In this document: one piece after another, positions 37,621 to 48,372 of the stretch
Layout: each line of letters begins with the position of its first letter
Position numbering within the stretch: the first letter of the stretch is position 1
Assembly (NCBI GenBank): GCA_036008085.1
Contig: DASYOD010000041.1
Span: forward strand, 9,695-73,694
Direction: 5' to 3'
Length of the DNA: 64,000 bases
Origin: Terriglobales bacterium
GTDB taxonomy: Bacteria; Acidobacteriota; Terriglobia; Terriglobales; Acidobacteriaceae
Notes under the pieces: generated by a model
Told to the model about the DNA's origin: nothing
Seen by the model: the letters and a program-made list of their open reading frames with translations, nothing else
Databases searched by the model: none
Made by a program: the position numbers and the translations under genes

Positions 37621-40050
37621 TTACTGATGCGCGGTAGGCCCTTCTGCGGGCGGGGTTATCGGCGGAGCAATGGTTCGCCCTCCCTCATCCACTTGAGCCA
37701 TGGGCTCTGGCAGCGGGCCCTCGAGCGCGACGCTCAGCACCTGGTCCATGGTGTCGACGAAGTGCATTTTCATCGCGGTGCGCAGGTTTTCCGGCACCTC
37801 GGCGAGATCTTTTTCGTTGTCCTGAGGCAGGATAACTTCGAAGAGCCCGGCACGATGGGCGGCCAGAAGCTTTTCTTTTAGTCCACCGATTGGCAGTACC
37901 TTGCCACGAAGCGTAATCTCGCCGGTCATGGCGAGATCGCGGCGAACGGGGATTTTGCTCAATGCGCTTGAGATTGCGGTTGCGATGGTAATACCCGCTG
38001 ATGGGCCATCCTTGGGAATGGCGCCCTCGGGCACGTGCACATGAATATCGATATTGCGGTAGAAGTCGCGCGCTAATCCGAGGCGTCCTGCGCGCGAGCG
38101 CACATACGACATCGCCGCTTGGGCTGATTCTTGCATGACGTCGCCGAGTTTGCCAGTCAAAGTGAGTTTGCCTTTGCCATCGACGACCGTTGCTTCCGTG
38201 CTCAAAATCGAGCCGCCGACTTCGGTCCACGCCAAGCCGGTAACCAGCCCGACTTCGCTACGTTCGTGCGCCAAAGTATCGCGGAATTTGATTACGCCCA
38301 GGTAATCATTCACGTTGTTCTGGGCGATTGCGATGTTGTATTCAGCGCCCTCTTTGACCACTTTGCGCGCGACCTTGCGGCAGACATTGCCGATTTCGCG
38401 TTCCAGATTACGCACGCCCGCTTCACGTGTGTACGAGCGGATCAGCGACGATATCGCCTCGTCGGAAAACTTGATGTTCTTGTCGGTAAGGCCGGCTTGC
38501 GCCATCTGCTTCTTCACCAGGAACTGCTTGGCGATTTCGACCTTCTCCTGCTCCGTGTAGCCGTGCAGGCGCAGAACTTCCATGCGGTCTTGCAATGCCG
38601 GGGGAATGGTGTGGATGACGTTCGCGGTGGCAATAAAAAAGACCTGCGAGAGGTCGTATTCCACGTCGAGATAATGATCGACGAACATGAAATTCTGCTC
38701 GGGGTCGAGGACTTCGAGCAGCGCCGCCGAGGGGTCACCGCGAAAATCCATGGACATTTTGTCAACTTCGTCGAGCATGAAGACGGGATTTTTTGTCCCC
38801 GCTTTCTTCATCATCTGGATGATCTGTCCCGGCAGAGCGCCGATGTAAGTCCGGCGATGGCCGCGAATTTCGGCCTCGTCGCGAACTCCACCCAACGACA
38901 TGCGCACGAACTTGCGTCCTGTGGCCTTCGCGATCGACATGCCGAGCGAAGTCTTGCCAACTCCTGGAGGCCCGACGAAACAGAGAATTGAGCCTTTGGG
39001 ATTTTTTACTAACTGGCGGACGGCGAGGAATTCGAGGATGCGCTCCTTGATTTTCTCCAGGCCATAGTGATCTTCGTTGAGAACTTTCTCGGCACGACTG
39101 ATATTGCGAATTTCTTTCGAGCGCTTTTTCCACGGAACGGCCAACAGCCAGTCCAGATAATTGCGGGATACGGTGGACTCGGCTGACATGGGCGGCATCG
39201 CTTCCAGCTTTTTCAGTTCCTGTATGGCTTTGTCGCGAACGTCTTTTGACATGCCGGCGGCGTCGATCTTCTTCTTCAGTTCGTCGAACTCGCTTTTTTC
39301 GCCGCGGCCGAGTTCCTTCTGGATGGCTTTGATCTTTTCGTTGAGGTAATACTCTTTTTGCGCCCGCTCCATCTGCCGCTTCACCCGCGACTGGATGGTG
39401 CGGTCCATATTCAGCTTTTCGATTTCGATATCGAGCACGTCACCGATGCGGCTCAGGCGTTCGGCGGGATCAAAAATCTCCAGTAGTTCCTGCTTTTCTT
39501 CGATGGAAAGTTGCAGGTTGGCGGCGATGGTGTCGGTAAGTTTGGCCGGATCTTCCATGCGTACAGCCGCGATCATCGTCTCGTAGTTCAAGGATTGACA
39601 AAGTTTGACGTACTGCTCGAACAAGCCGGTGACACGCTGCATGCCAGCTTCGATCTGCGGGTTGGTTTCGGTGGCGTAGCGCGCTAGCCGAACCGAAGCC
39701 TGCATGAACCCTTCGCTCTCGGTGACCTGCAGGATTTTGCCGCGCTCAATGCCCTCTACCAATACCTTGATGTTGCCATCGGGCAGTTTGAGGCTCTGTA
39801 CGATATTGACGACTGTGCCCACCTGATAAATTTCGTTTGGCTTAGGTTCGTCCATGCTGGCGTCGTGCTGCGTGGCCAGAAAGATCTTCTTGTCCGAGGC
39901 CAGCGCTTCTTCGAGAGCGTGCACGCTGGACTCGCGCCCGACTACGAACGGCGTCATCATATAGGGGAAGATGACCACATCCCGGATGGGCATCATGGGC
40001 AACTTTTTAGTTTCGAATTTTTCTTTGGATGTGGTCACTGAGTCTCCCAA
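37621..40050 (-). CDS. lon: ATP-dependent protease Lon
   Basis: 809 aa: [23 protein letters not shown], Walker [10 protein letters not shown], catalytic [14 protein letters not shown]. The 40050 start is TTG; an ATG alternative lies at 39996. Confidence 0.95.
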   Translation of the reverse strand: MGDSVTTSKEKFETKKLPMMPIRDVVIFPYMMTPFVVGRESSVHALEEALASDKKIFLATQHDASMDEPKPNEIYQVGTVVNIVQSLKLPDGNIKVLVEGIERGKILQVTESEGFMQASVRLARYATETNPQIEAGMQRVTGLFEQYVKLCQSLNYETMIAAVRMEDPAKLTDTIAANLQLSIEEKQELLEIFDPAERLSRIGDVLDIEIEKLNMDRTIQSRVKRQMERAQKEYYLNEKIKAIQKELGRGEKSEFDELKKKIDAAGMSKDVRDKAIQELKKLEAMPPMSAESTVSRNYLDWLLAVPWKKRSKEIRNISRAEKVLNEDHYGLEKIKERILEFLAVRQLVKNPKGSILCFVGPPGVGKTSLGMSIAKATGRKFVRMSLGGVRDEAEIRGHRRTYIGALPGQIIQMMKKAGTKNPVFMLDEVDKMSMDFRGDPSAALLEVLDPEQNFMFVDHYLDVEYDLSQVFFIATANVIHTIPPALQDRMEVLRLHGYTEQEKVEIAKQFLVKKQMAQAGLTDKNIKFSDEAISSLIRSYTREAGVRNLEREIGNVCRKVARKVVKEGAEYNIAIAQNNVNDYLGVIKFRDTLAHERSEVGLVTGLAWTEVGGSILSTEATVVDGKGKLTLTGKLGDVMQESAQAAMSYVRSRAGRLGLARDFYRNIDIHVHVPEGAIPKDGPSAGITIATAISSALSKIPVRRDLAMTGEITLRGKVLPIGGLKEKLLAAHRAGLFEVILPQDNEKDLAEVPENLRTAMKMHFVDTMDQVLSVALEGPLPEPMAQVDEGGRTIAPPITPPAEGPTAHQ

Positions 40051-40060
40051 AACCGCTTTT

Positions 40061-40101
40061 GGCTTCTAGCTAAAACATCTCACTGCTCCAAGCTAGTAGC
40101 C
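40061..40101 (-). other. intergenic stem-loop between clpX and lon
   Basis: GGCTTCTAGCT (40061-40071) pairs with AGCTAGTAGCC (40091-40101) at 10/11, with a 19-nt loop. No clear T-run follows. Confidence 0.35.
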
Positions 40102-40126
40102 AGAAGCTAGCAGCTAGGAGCGTGCC

Positions 40127-41404
40127 TTACCCCGCCTTTTCCATCATTGCGAATGACGCACTGTGTTTCTCGACCATCTGTTGTGTTACTTCGAACTCTT
40201 TTACCTTCTTCTGACTGGGCAGATGGTACATCAAATCGAGCATTAATTCTTCCAGAATCATGCGCAAGCCACGTGCTCCTACCTTGCGAGCCATAGCCTG
40301 CCTCGCTACAGCGCGCAGCGCGTCCTCACTGAATTTCAGGCGGACGTTTTCAAATTCGAACAGCCGCTGGTATTGCTTCACGATGGCATTCTTGGGCCGA
40401 GTGAGGATTTCAATCAATGCTACTTCATCCAGGTCTTCTAATACGCCAACCACCGGCAAGCGTCCCACGAATTCGGGAATCAAGCCAAATTTGATCAAGT
40501 CTTCCGGCTGTACGTCGCTCAGCAACTCAAAATTGCGTTTACGAGCCGTTGCTGGTTCTTCCACTTCACCCTCTTCTCCAACCTTGAAGCCCAGCGATTT
40601 CTTTCCCGCCCGCCGGCCGATGATCTTTTCCAGGCCGACAAACGCGCCGCCGCAGATAAACAGGATATTGGTGGTATCAACGGGGGTGAATTCCTGATGC
40701 GGATGCTTTCGTCCACCTTGCGGTGGTACGTTCGCGATCGTGCCTTCGAGAATCTTCAGCAGCGCCTGCTGCACGCCCTCGCCGGAGACATCCCGGGTAA
40801 TAGAAGGATTCTCGTCCTTACGGCCGATCTTATCAACCTCGTCTATATATATGATCCCCGTTTGAGCCCGCCCTACATCCCCGTCGGCCGCCTGCAACAG
40901 CTTCAGAATGATATTTTCCACGTCCTCGCCGACATAACCAGCCTCGGTCAAGGTGGTTGCATCTACTATGGCGAAAGGCACGTCCAACATGCGGGCCAGG
41001 GTCTGCGCCAACAGGGTCTTGCCGGTCCCGGTGGTGCCGATCAGCATGATGTTCGATTTGGTCAGCTCGATACCGTCGCTAGCGCGCTGACGGTTCATAT
41101 AGATGCGCTTGTAGTGGTTGTAGACAGCCACAGCCAGCTTTTTTTTCGTCTGTTCCTGCCCGATAACGTACTCATCCAGGAAACTCTTGACCTCTTGGGG
41201 CTTAGGAAGCGTGTTCGGGGTTGCAGCGGCAGGGGTTGCAGCGCGGTCATCTTCCAGGATGGAGTTGCAGACCGCCACGCACTCATCGCAAATATATGCC
41301 CGAGGATAATCGCTGGGGGATGAAATCAGCTTGGCGACTGCGTCTTGGGACTTATGACAAAATGAACAGCGTAGGATTTCCTCAGTGCCTGTCCTGTTTT
41401 TCAC
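40127..41404 (-). CDS. clpX: ATP-dependent Clp protease ATP-binding subunit ClpX
   Basis: Zinc-binding N-terminus CSFCHKSQ...CDEC and Walker [13 protein letters not shown] prefer the GTG at 41404, which sits 9 nt after AAGGAG, over the TTG at 41413. Confidence 0.95.
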   Translation of the reverse strand: MKNRTGTEEILRCSFCHKSQDAVAKLISSPSDYPRAYICDECVAVCNSILEDDRAATPAAATPNTLPKPQEVKSFLDEYVIGQEQTKKKLAVAVYNHYKRIYMNRQRASDGIELTKSNIMLIGTTGTGKTLLAQTLARMLDVPFAIVDATTLTEAGYVGEDVENIILKLLQAADGDVGRAQTGIIYIDEVDKIGRKDENPSITRDVSGEGVQQALLKILEGTIANVPPQGGRKHPHQEFTPVDTTNILFICGGAFVGLEKIIGRRAGKKSLGFKVGEEGEVEEPATARKRNFELLSDVQPEDLIKFGLIPEFVGRLPVVGVLEDLDEVALIEILTRPKNAIVKQYQRLFEFENVRLKFSEDALRAVARQAMARKVGARGLRMILEELMLDLMYHLPSQKKVKEFEVTQQMVEKHSASFAMMEKAG

Positions 41405-41529
41405 TCGGCTCAACTCCTTGTTATTACACTAACCTCCCGGCACTTTAGTGATCATTGCCCTTGAGCAATTGGGGAGAATCTTTTGCGCCGAGACTCCCAA
41501 ACCTGACCGGCTGAATGCCGATCATACCT

Positions 41530-42138
41530 TCATCTGGTCTTATAGATGATATCGTCTATGATTCCATATTCCTTAGCTTGCTGCGCGTTCATGATGAAGT
41601 CGCGCTCCACGTCTTTCTCCACTTTTTCGAGCTTTTGTCCCGTATGCTTTGCCAGTAACTGGTTCGTAATCTCGCGCATGCGGAGAATTTCGCGGGCGTG
41701 AATGTCGATATCGGTCGCCTGACCCGAAAGGCCGCCCATCGAAGGTTGATGGATCAAAATTCTCGAATTGGGCAGCGCCAGCCGCTTCTTATTTTCTCCG
41801 GCAGCCAAAAGAAGCGCAGCCATTGAAGCCGCTTGGCCGATGCAGATTGTGGTCACGTCGTTCTTTACGTATTGCATGGTGTCATAAATCGCCATGCCCG
41901 CTGTAATCGATCCGCCCGGAGAATTCACGTACAACTGAATGTCCTTCTCCGGATCCTCTTGGGCAAGAAACAGCATCTGCGCTATCACCAGATTGGCGAT
42001 GTTGTCGTCAATCGGCGTGCCAATAAAAATAATGTTGTCCCGCAAAAGGCGCGAGTAAATGTCGTAAGCCCGCTCGCCCCGCCCGGTTTGCTCAATCACC
42101 ATTGGAACTAACATAAGATGTGGGTCCTTCACGTTCAC
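41530..42138 (-). CDS. clpP: ATP-dependent Clp protease proteolytic subunit ClpP
   Basis: 202 aa: [19 protein letters not shown], catalytic [15 protein letters not shown] start 8 nt after AGGAG. Confidence 0.95.
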   Translation of the reverse strand: MNVKDPHLMLVPMVIEQTGRGERAYDIYSRLLRDNIIFIGTPIDDNIANLVIAQMLFLAQEDPEKDIQLYVNSPGGSITAGMAIYDTMQYVKNDVTTICIGQAASMAALLLAAGENKKRLALPNSRILIHQPSMGGLSGQATDIDIHAREILRMREITNQLLAKHTGQKLEKVEKDVERDFIMNAQQAKEYGIIDDIIYKTR

Positions 42139-42190
42139 CTTTCACACTCCTGATCCGACTACTGAAGCTTCAAGGAGGATCGGAAGCGAT

Positions 42191-43498
42191 TCACGCGGAC
42201 TGATGATAAAGAAAGTCGAGGGTCTTTTCGTTGCGGATTCTATTCCGGATTCTATCCAGCGCTCCATCGCGTGTCAAACGCGACCGGATAGCCTCCGGCG
42301 TCTGCTTCGACTGTGTTGCCAAAGCTTCGACTTCGTGATCGATTTCCGCATCGCTGACCTCGATTTTTTCCTCCTCGGCGATTTTTTCGAGCAATAACGC
42401 GGCTTTCACTTCCTGAACTGCCTGGTCTCGTTGGCCTCCGCGCAGGCGGTTCAGGTCCATTTTCTTCATGTCTTCAGCTTTCATGCCTTGCGCCGCCAGC
42501 GCTCGCAATCCACGGTCGAGGCGAATATCGATCTGGTGTTCGACCAGCGCCTCGGGTACCTCGAAATCGTTGCGCTTCACCAACTCGGCCACCAGCTTGT
42601 CTTTGGCTTCACGCTCGGCGTTATGTTTCTTCTCCGCCTCCATGCCCTCGCGAATTCGCGTTCGCACTTCCGCAAGATCGGCAAACTCTCCCAGCTCTTT
42701 GGCAAATGCGTCGTTCAATTCCGGCAGACTCTTCTGCTTGATCGCGTTCACCTTCACCGTATAAGTAAAAGTTTTTCCTGCCAGCCGCTGATCGGAAAAA
42801 TCCTGGGGATAATGCACATCAAAGGTCCGCTCGTCACCCACCGAAGCGCCGCGCAAATTTTCGGTAAACTCCGGCATCGTGCCCTGGCCGCCGATTTCAA
42901 CGAGGATGTCGTCCATGTGAACGGGATTCGTCCCTGTGGGTCCTGGCTTTGCCGATTCCTGCGCCGGACTTTCCCCGTCCTTGGGTTTTCCATCCAGCGA
43001 AACCTGGGCAAAGTCGCCGTCTCCCAGCGGACTTCCCTCGATCGACGTAAAGGTGGCGCGCTGCTCCTGCAGACTCTTGAGCGACTGCTCGACTTCTTCG
43101 TCAGTAACAGAAATGTCCGGTTTGTCGGCTCGCAGTTCCTTGTAATCTTCCACCCGAATGGCCGGCATCACTTCAAAGCTGGCCTTAAAGCGCAGCGGCT
43201 CTCCGTCGTGCACATGCAGGTCAGAGACGCGCGGCTGCGAGACCGGCATCAGACCCAGTTTGTCGGTCTCCTTGCGGAAGTAGCGCGGCACCAGCGCCTC
43301 GACCACATCGCTCTTAATGCCTTCAGCAAAACGCTGCTTAATAATGGAGGCGGGCGCATGGCCCGTGCGGAATCCGGGAATGCGGGCAAGCTTCTGATAT
43401 TTCTGAACGAGGGTCGCAGTTTCGCGGGCAACGTCTTCCGCCGGAATTTCTACCTGAATCTCTCGTTTGGTGCTGCTACTGGTTTCAGTGGGGCTCAC
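42191..43498 (-). CDS. tig: trigger factor
   Basis: Sits upstream of clpP-clpX. N-terminal ribosome-binding region IPGFRTGHAP. I prefer the GTG at 43498 (435 aa) to the 43606 track start. Confidence 0.9.
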   Translation of the reverse strand: MSPTETSSSTKREIQVEIPAEDVARETATLVQKYQKLARIPGFRTGHAPASIIKQRFAEGIKSDVVEALVPRYFRKETDKLGLMPVSQPRVSDLHVHDGEPLRFKASFEVMPAIRVEDYKELRADKPDISVTDEEVEQSLKSLQEQRATFTSIEGSPLGDGDFAQVSLDGKPKDGESPAQESAKPGPTGTNPVHMDDILVEIGGQGTMPEFTENLRGASVGDERTFDVHYPQDFSDQRLAGKTFTYTVKVNAIKQKSLPELNDAFAKELGEFADLAEVRTRIREGMEAEKKHNAEREAKDKLVAELVKRNDFEVPEALVEHQIDIRLDRGLRALAAQGMKAEDMKKMDLNRLRGGQRDQAVQEVKAALLLEKIAEEEKIEVSDAEIDHEVEALATQSKQTPEAIRSRLTRDGALDRIRNRIRNEKTLDFLYHQSA

Positions 43499-43665
43499 GT
43501 GTACCTTTCGCAAAACCGTCGTCTCAGGAGCCCGAGCCAACTTCGGACCAACCAAAAACCTTCGGCTGCAATCTTGAGTGTAAAGATATATGGAGACGAC
43601 CGTCAAACCCCGGAGCCGATTTTTCTCTCCTATTTTGGGACTTTAGTAACCGAGGCCATTGGATG

Positions 43666-43682
43666 ACGGGCGTCTCGCCCGT
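43666..43682. repeat. REP-like hairpin ACGGGCG-TCT-CGCCCGT
   Basis: Perfect 7-bp stem in the tig/permease divergent region. Shares the core GACGGGCGTCTCG with 20553-20565. Confidence 0.4.
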
Positions 43683-43949
43683 GGAGTTTTTCGCGCAGAT
43701 ACCCTCTCACTCCGTCAGACGCCGAAGAGATCGAATTCGCGTCACTACGCGGGCCTTGGCCAAAGGTAGCGTATTATTTCTTCATTGCTATCCCAGCGAA
43801 CTCAGAAGGTCTTCTGGTCCACTTCGCGATCTCCTAAAAAACACCGCATAGCCTTGGTTGGCATGGGGCATACCCGCTACAACGAGATTGCGAATGACGG
43901 AGAACTAAGCACGCAATTAAAGCCGAACAAGAACGGGAGAAAATGGTAA

Positions 43950-45230
43950 ATGCTCTCTCCCGGCGTTGCTCATCTCCTGCTCTCGAGCATCATCGCTGTG
44001 AGCGTGGCGCTGATGCTCATTCGGCCGCGCGGCTTACCTGAGGCTTATTGGATCAGCGGAGGTGTTCTCCTCCTTTTATTGCTGCGACTCATCAACCTTC
44101 AACTAGCGTGGCGCGCTGTCGGCAGAGCATTAGACGTCTGCTTTTTTCTTATTGGCATGATGTTGCTGTGCGAACTTGCGCGCGAGCACGGCGTCTTCGA
44201 CTGGCTTTCAGCTATTGCAGTAAGAAAAGCGAATGGCTCCTGCCTGCGGCTGTTCACTCTGGTCTACGCGCTCGGCACAGTGGTTACGGTGTTCCTGTCA
44301 AACGATGCGACGGCCGTGGTGTTAACGCCGGCGATCCTGACCGCGGTGCGTAAAGCAAAAGTCCAGCCCCTGCCCTATTTGTTTGTTTGTGCCTTCATCG
44401 CCAACGCCGCGTCGTTTCTCTTGCCAATTTCAAATCCGGCGAATCTGGTTGTCTTTCACGATGCCATGCCGCCGTTGGGGAGATGGCTCCTAGCATTTGG
44501 AGTTCCCTGCTTACTGTCGATCGGCACAACATATATGGTATTGCGTTGGGTTTATCGCAAAGAACTCTGCGAGCGCATCGAGCATCACGTCGAAGCCCAA
44601 ATTTTGGATGGCAACGGTAAGGTCGTACTGGCCAGTGCTGCGCTTATGATTGCGGTTTTGCTTACGGCCTCATCGCTTGGCAAAGACTTAGGCCTGCCCA
44701 CGTGCCTGTCCGCTTTAGTTGTCACGGCGATTGTAAGCATCAAGAAGCGAACTAATCCGCTGCGGTTGGCTCGCGAAATAAGTTGGGAAACCCTGGCGCT
44801 GGTCGCTGGACTTTTCGTCATGGTCGATGCAATCGAGAGTATTGGCGCGATGCGTTACACCGCAGAATGGCTTAACTGGGTGCAGCACAGGAGCATTATC
44901 ACTGGAGATTTGATGGCTGGGTTCGCAGTCGGAATCGCCAATAATCTTGTGAATAATCTTCCGCTAGGGCTCATCGTCGGCAGCACTCTGCACGCCGCGC
45001 AAGCCAGGGGTCCAATCACTGAGGCGGTTCTCATCGGGGTTGATCTTGGACCGAATCTTTCCATCACTGGATCGCTGGCAACGATTCTGTGGCTGATTGC
45101 CTTGCGCAGAGAAAAGCTCAACGTCACTTTTTGGGACTTCCTCAGAGTCGGCGCGCTTGCCATGCCGATTGCTCTGCTGGCGGCCCTCAGCGGCGCGATT
45201 TTAATGCATCTCTGTTTCGGGGCTTCGTAG
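43950..45230 (+). CDS. ArsB/NhaD-superfamily (SLC13-like) anion permease
   Basis: 426 aa with about 10-12 TM segments and overall resemblance to arsenical-pump/citrate-transporter-type permeases. The family call rests on general look only. Confidence 0.55.
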   Translation: MLSPGVAHLLLSSIIAVSVALMLIRPRGLPEAYWISGGVLLLLLLRLINLQLAWRAVGRALDVCFFLIGMMLLCELAREHGVFDWLSAIAVRKANGSCLRLFTLVYALGTVVTVFLSNDATAVVLTPAILTAVRKAKVQPLPYLFVCAFIANAASFLLPISNPANLVVFHDAMPPLGRWLLAFGVPCLLSIGTTYMVLRWVYRKELCERIEHHVEAQILDGNGKVVLASAALMIAVLLTASSLGKDLGLPTCLSALVVTAIVSIKKRTNPLRLAREISWETLALVAGLFVMVDAIESIGAMRYTAEWLNWVQHRSIITGDLMAGFAVGIANNLVNNLPLGLIVGSTLHAAQARGPITEAVLIGVDLGPNLSITGSLATILWLIALRREKLNVTFWDFLRVGALAMPIALLAALSGAILMHLCFGAS

Positions 45231-45344
45231 GCTCTCTGAAAACGAATCGTTAAGCGGAGATCGCAGTCTGGTTGCGGGTTAAAACACCCACACTCCAGAC
45301 CGGCGATCTAGGTTGACACTTCGAAAGAAAGGCGCGTCCGAATC

Positions 45345-45680
45345 CTAGGCACTCTTCTTCAATTCGCGAACACTAGGTTGGTAGGATCCCGCAACGTTGC
45401 GAAAAGTGACGTTAAACCGATTCCGGACATTGATCTGAGTAATGGCCAGGGTCAGGTTCACAAGTTCCTTGTCGGTGAAATACTCGGGCCGCACTAGCGT
45501 GGACAGAGCCGGTGACACGAATCGCCGAAGGCCGCGTGACAGATGAAGTGTACAAGGGCGAAGGAGGGTTCGAGGCGGCGACTATGAGAGTTACTCAGTG
45601 CATATCCACGTCAATGATGCGTGGTCCGCGATTCGGCCATCAACCGATTCGCTCGTTTCACGCACGGTCATCAGGGAATG
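45345..45680 (-). pseudogene. decayed carboxymuconolactone decarboxylase (AhpD-like) family gene remnant
   Basis: My minus-strand translation ending at the TAG at 45345-45347 gives PEYFTDKELVNLTLAITQINVRNRFNVTFRNVAGSYQP. This matches the conserved C-terminus of CMD-family proteins. Upstream, the frame is closed by a stop at 45582-45584. Only degraded, frame-shifted similarity remains there (IIDVDMH-stop, SPLYTSSVTRPSAIRVT). Confidence 0.45.
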
Positions 45681-45733
45681 TGGCGCGAATAAGTAGTTCT
45701 TTAGTTTTGATGGGTGCTGGAACGTAAGGGGAG

Positions 45734-46828
45734 CTATTGCAAATCTGCTTTGTCGGGGTTGTAGAGGAACATAAATCGCAACGCGAGATATTGACCGCCG
45801 AACTCGTTGGGCAAGGGCGGAAATGGATTCGAAGCGGTGATGCCGCCCCAGGCGCCGCGATCGAGCGCTACGTCGCCGGAAGTCGAGACTAATCTCATCC
45901 CTGCGACTGTGCCGTTCTTGAGAATAGCGAACTCGATTGTGACTTTGCCTTTCTTCATTAATGGTGCCCGCGCCGATTCTGGAATCAGGTTGTACCAGTT
46001 GATCTTCACGTCGTGCAGCACGCGCTGCAAATAAGGCCCGAAATCCACGCCCATGGTGTCGGACAGGACTTCGAGCGGTCCCATCGCGGCCGTCGGTTTA
46101 CCACCCAAACCAAGACCGTAATTTCCTCCGTCGCCGCCGCCATAGCCACCACGGTTGGCAGCAGCCGCGCGAGCGGCTTGTTCGATAGCCGAGCCTGCGG
46201 ACTGAATCCCGCTGCCAAAAGCTGCTTGAGGAGTCAAAGCGGGCGGAGTCTGCATTTTCGCAACCTGCTGGGGAGGAGGCGGCGGAGGCGCTGATGGCTG
46301 AGGCGCAGGATTCTGACTGGCTCCAGACGCAGGAGGCGCAGGCTGGGGTTGCGGGGTTTGAGCAGCATTCGCACCGGGCCTGCCCGGCCGCGATGCGTCG
46401 AGAATTTTTTTCAACTCCTTCCGATCGATTTGCGGTGCATGCGATGTGGCGATGCGATCTTTGTCAGAAATGATATTTGTGTTGGGACGCTGGGTTACCT
46501 TCTGTTCGTCAGGAGGCAATTCCAGATAGGTAAGGTCTTTTTGCGATTGCGGACTCATCACCACTACAGCTCGCCTTGGCATAAATCCTGCCAGCTTCGG
46601 CGAATTGTATAGCAGCAGTACAACAATCAAGTGCACCACTACGGAAATCCAGAAAGCCTCGCGCCTGCGCGCATGCGCCAGTTCATCCTGAAGGTGTAAG
46701 AGTAAAGCAGGAGCCTCCACGATTTCCCGATACGCCGACTCCCAATAACGCGCATCGTACAAATCTCCGCCCTCGGAAGGTCGCGTTGATGGAGCCGGAT
46801 TTGTCGGCGGGATTTGCGTAGTCGACAT
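45734..46828 (-). CDS. TonB-family energy transducer
   Basis: 364 aa. One TM segment (FWISVVVHLIVVLLLY), a Pro-rich spacer (PQPQPAPP...PPPPPPQQ), and a C-terminal TonB_C-like block (GKVTIEFAILKNGTVAGMRLVSTSGDVALD). Confidence 0.75.
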   Translation of the reverse strand: MSTTQIPPTNPAPSTRPSEGGDLYDARYWESAYREIVEAPALLLHLQDELAHARRREAFWISVVVHLIVVLLLYNSPKLAGFMPRRAVVVMSPQSQKDLTYLELPPDEQKVTQRPNTNIISDKDRIATSHAPQIDRKELKKILDASRPGRPGANAAQTPQPQPAPPASGASQNPAPQPSAPPPPPPQQVAKMQTPPALTPQAAFGSGIQSAGSAIEQAARAAAANRGGYGGGDGGNYGLGLGGKPTAAMGPLEVLSDTMGVDFGPYLQRVLHDVKINWYNLIPESARAPLMKKGKVTIEFAILKNGTVAGMRLVSTSGDVALDRGAWGGITASNPFPPLPNEFGGQYLALRFMFLYNPDKADLQ

Positions 46829-47067
46829 CGAATGAACTACCTGCTGGTCGAGGGACGGGTGTCGAACATCAGTTGCAAGGACAGAAAATCCCCCACGTTT
46901 CCTGGGTGTTTCCAGTCTACTGCCTCGAGCTGCTGGCGCCTGCGGTCCAGTGTCTTATTCTCGCATCTTTCGCGCGAATCTGCGAAGGTTTGAAAGTGCC
47001 AGAACGGGAGATTTGAATCCAGATGGTCAATTGCAGTTTACAAAAATTTACATTTAGGGAATGTGGC

Positions 47068-48048
47068 CTAAGCGTGCAGCCGGTCGAGATCAATCTTTTC
47101 CCCGTGTACGCGAATGGCAGAGACGATGTCCAAAGCGCCAGCTAAGGCGCGGCGTCCGTCTTCTAAGGTAACTTCGGGCTCAGAACGTTGCTTCACGGAG
47201 TGGAGAAATGATTTCAGTTCCGCGTGTAAAGGCTCCTCATTCGTAGTCGGAAGTTTCGCCATTTGAATTTGCGGATTCACCGAGGGCACGCTGCTGGCGG
47301 TGTCCGCGCCGACCGTGAAGAGCAGAACATCCTGCCGTCCATAATCGAGAGATACATACTGCTTGGGTTGAAAGAAGCGCAGCTTACGCACACGCTCGGT
47401 CGAGACCCGGCTGGCAGTAAAGTTGGCGATGCATCCCGACTCGAATTCAAGTCGGACATTCGCGATGTCAACCTTGCCGGAAAGGATGGGCAAGCCGACT
47501 GCCCGCACTTCCTTGACCGGCGATTTCACAAACGAGAGCACAATGTCGAGATCGTGAATCATGAGGTCGAGCACGACATCAACGTCGAGAGACCGCGGGG
47601 TGAATACGCTGAGGCGATGAACTTCAAAAAACATGGGACGGGTAATCACGGGAACGGCGGCGCGAACGGCCGGGTTGAAGCGCTCCAGGTGACCGACCTG
47701 CACAATGCGGCCATGTTTCGCGGCAAGGTGCATTAGTTGGTCGGCTTCCGCCAGCGATGTAGCCACCGGCTTTTCGATCAGCACATCGATCCCAGCCTCC
47801 ATCAATTGCTGCGCGGCCGTGAGGTGATGGATGGTGGGCACAGCTACCGAGGCAGCCTGAACCTCGCTGTGGGTGGTAGTGAGCTGCTGGATCGAACCGA
47901 AACTGCGGCAACCAAACTCACGTGCCACTGCGTCCGCCCGGAGAGTGTCTGGGTCAACTACCCCAACCAGCCGTACTGGCGCGCCCTCGTTGGCAAGCTG
48001 ATGGTAAACGCGGGCGTGGTTGCGGCCGAACGTGCCCACACCAATCAC
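47068..48048 (-). CDS. Gfo/Idh/MocA family oxidoreductase
   Basis: 326 aa with Rossmann N-terminus VIGVGTFGRNHARVY and an EKP motif. The GTG at 48048 is the only classical start; an in-frame stop lies 11 codons upstream, so the N-terminus is short and uncertain. Confidence 0.75.
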   Translation of the reverse strand: MIGVGTFGRNHARVYHQLANEGAPVRLVGVVDPDTLRADAVAREFGCRSFGSIQQLTTTHSEVQAASVAVPTIHHLTAAQQLMEAGIDVLIEKPVATSLAEADQLMHLAAKHGRIVQVGHLERFNPAVRAAVPVITRPMFFEVHRLSVFTPRSLDVDVVLDLMIHDLDIVLSFVKSPVKEVRAVGLPILSGKVDIANVRLEFESGCIANFTASRVSTERVRKLRFFQPKQYVSLDYGRQDVLLFTVGADTASSVPSVNPQIQMAKLPTTNEEPLHAELKSFLHSVKQRSEPEVTLEDGRRALAGALDIVSAIRVHGEKIDLDRLHA

Positions 48049-48252
48049 GGCGACGTTAGTGAAGTTATCGGCTGCCAGTAGTCAGTTCCCGGTTGGACGA
48101 CGTCTTGATTTAATCACAAACTGTTCGCGAGGGTAGCATTTGGAAATGGGCTTATCGCTTTGCGTCCCATGCGAGAGCCATTCCTTCGAGTTCAGGGAGC
48201 TAGTCTAGAATCTTGCGTTATTGCAACGATCGCGGCGAGCGCTGGATAGAGA

Positions 48253-48372
48253 TCACATCGAGCTGATCCTGATGTAGCGCGCCGAGTCCTTCAGCGAAAC
48301 AAGAAATACATATCCCGCGAACAGCAATCCGGCGGTTCCCACTATGTTTCGAGCTACTTTGAGTGCACTCAT
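48253..48372 (-). CDS. candidate 39-aa single-TM micro-protein (not in ORF track)
   Basis: My translation: MSALKVARNIVGTAGLLFAGYVFLVSLKDSARYIRISSM. The ATG is preceded by GGAGGCTGACTTTTT (GGAGG at about -10). Confidence 0.4.
   Translation of the reverse strand: MSALKVARNIVGTAGLLFAGYVFLVSLKDSARYIRISSM

Noticed and set aside
42431-43666. Long antisense ORFs opposite well-supported genes: 411 aa opposite tig (this entry), 36695..37612 opposite dcd, 29137..30132 opposite the FecR-like gene, 38131..38991 opposite lon, and 53290..54183 opposite the kinase.
   Set aside because: Their products are Arg/Ser/Leu-rich with no motifs, while the opposite strand encodes textbook proteins. Long stop-free antisense frames are expected at this GC content and codon bias. 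I specifically checked 53290..54183 as a possible hydrogenase large subunit. It has no RxCGxC or DPCxxC motifs.
45512-45727. 71-aa plus-strand ORF in the permease / TonB-like gap.
   Set aside because: It overlaps the decayed CMD-family relic on the opposite strand and has no Shine-Dalgarno sequence or recognisable features.
46955-46990. Near-palindrome TCGCATCTTTCGCGCGAATCTGCGA (core TTCGCGCGAA) upstream of the TonB-like gene, considered as an operator.
   Set aside because: The inner and outer symmetric parts are out of register by 1 nt, and it is GC-rich, unlike Fur boxes. There is no second copy to support a motif.
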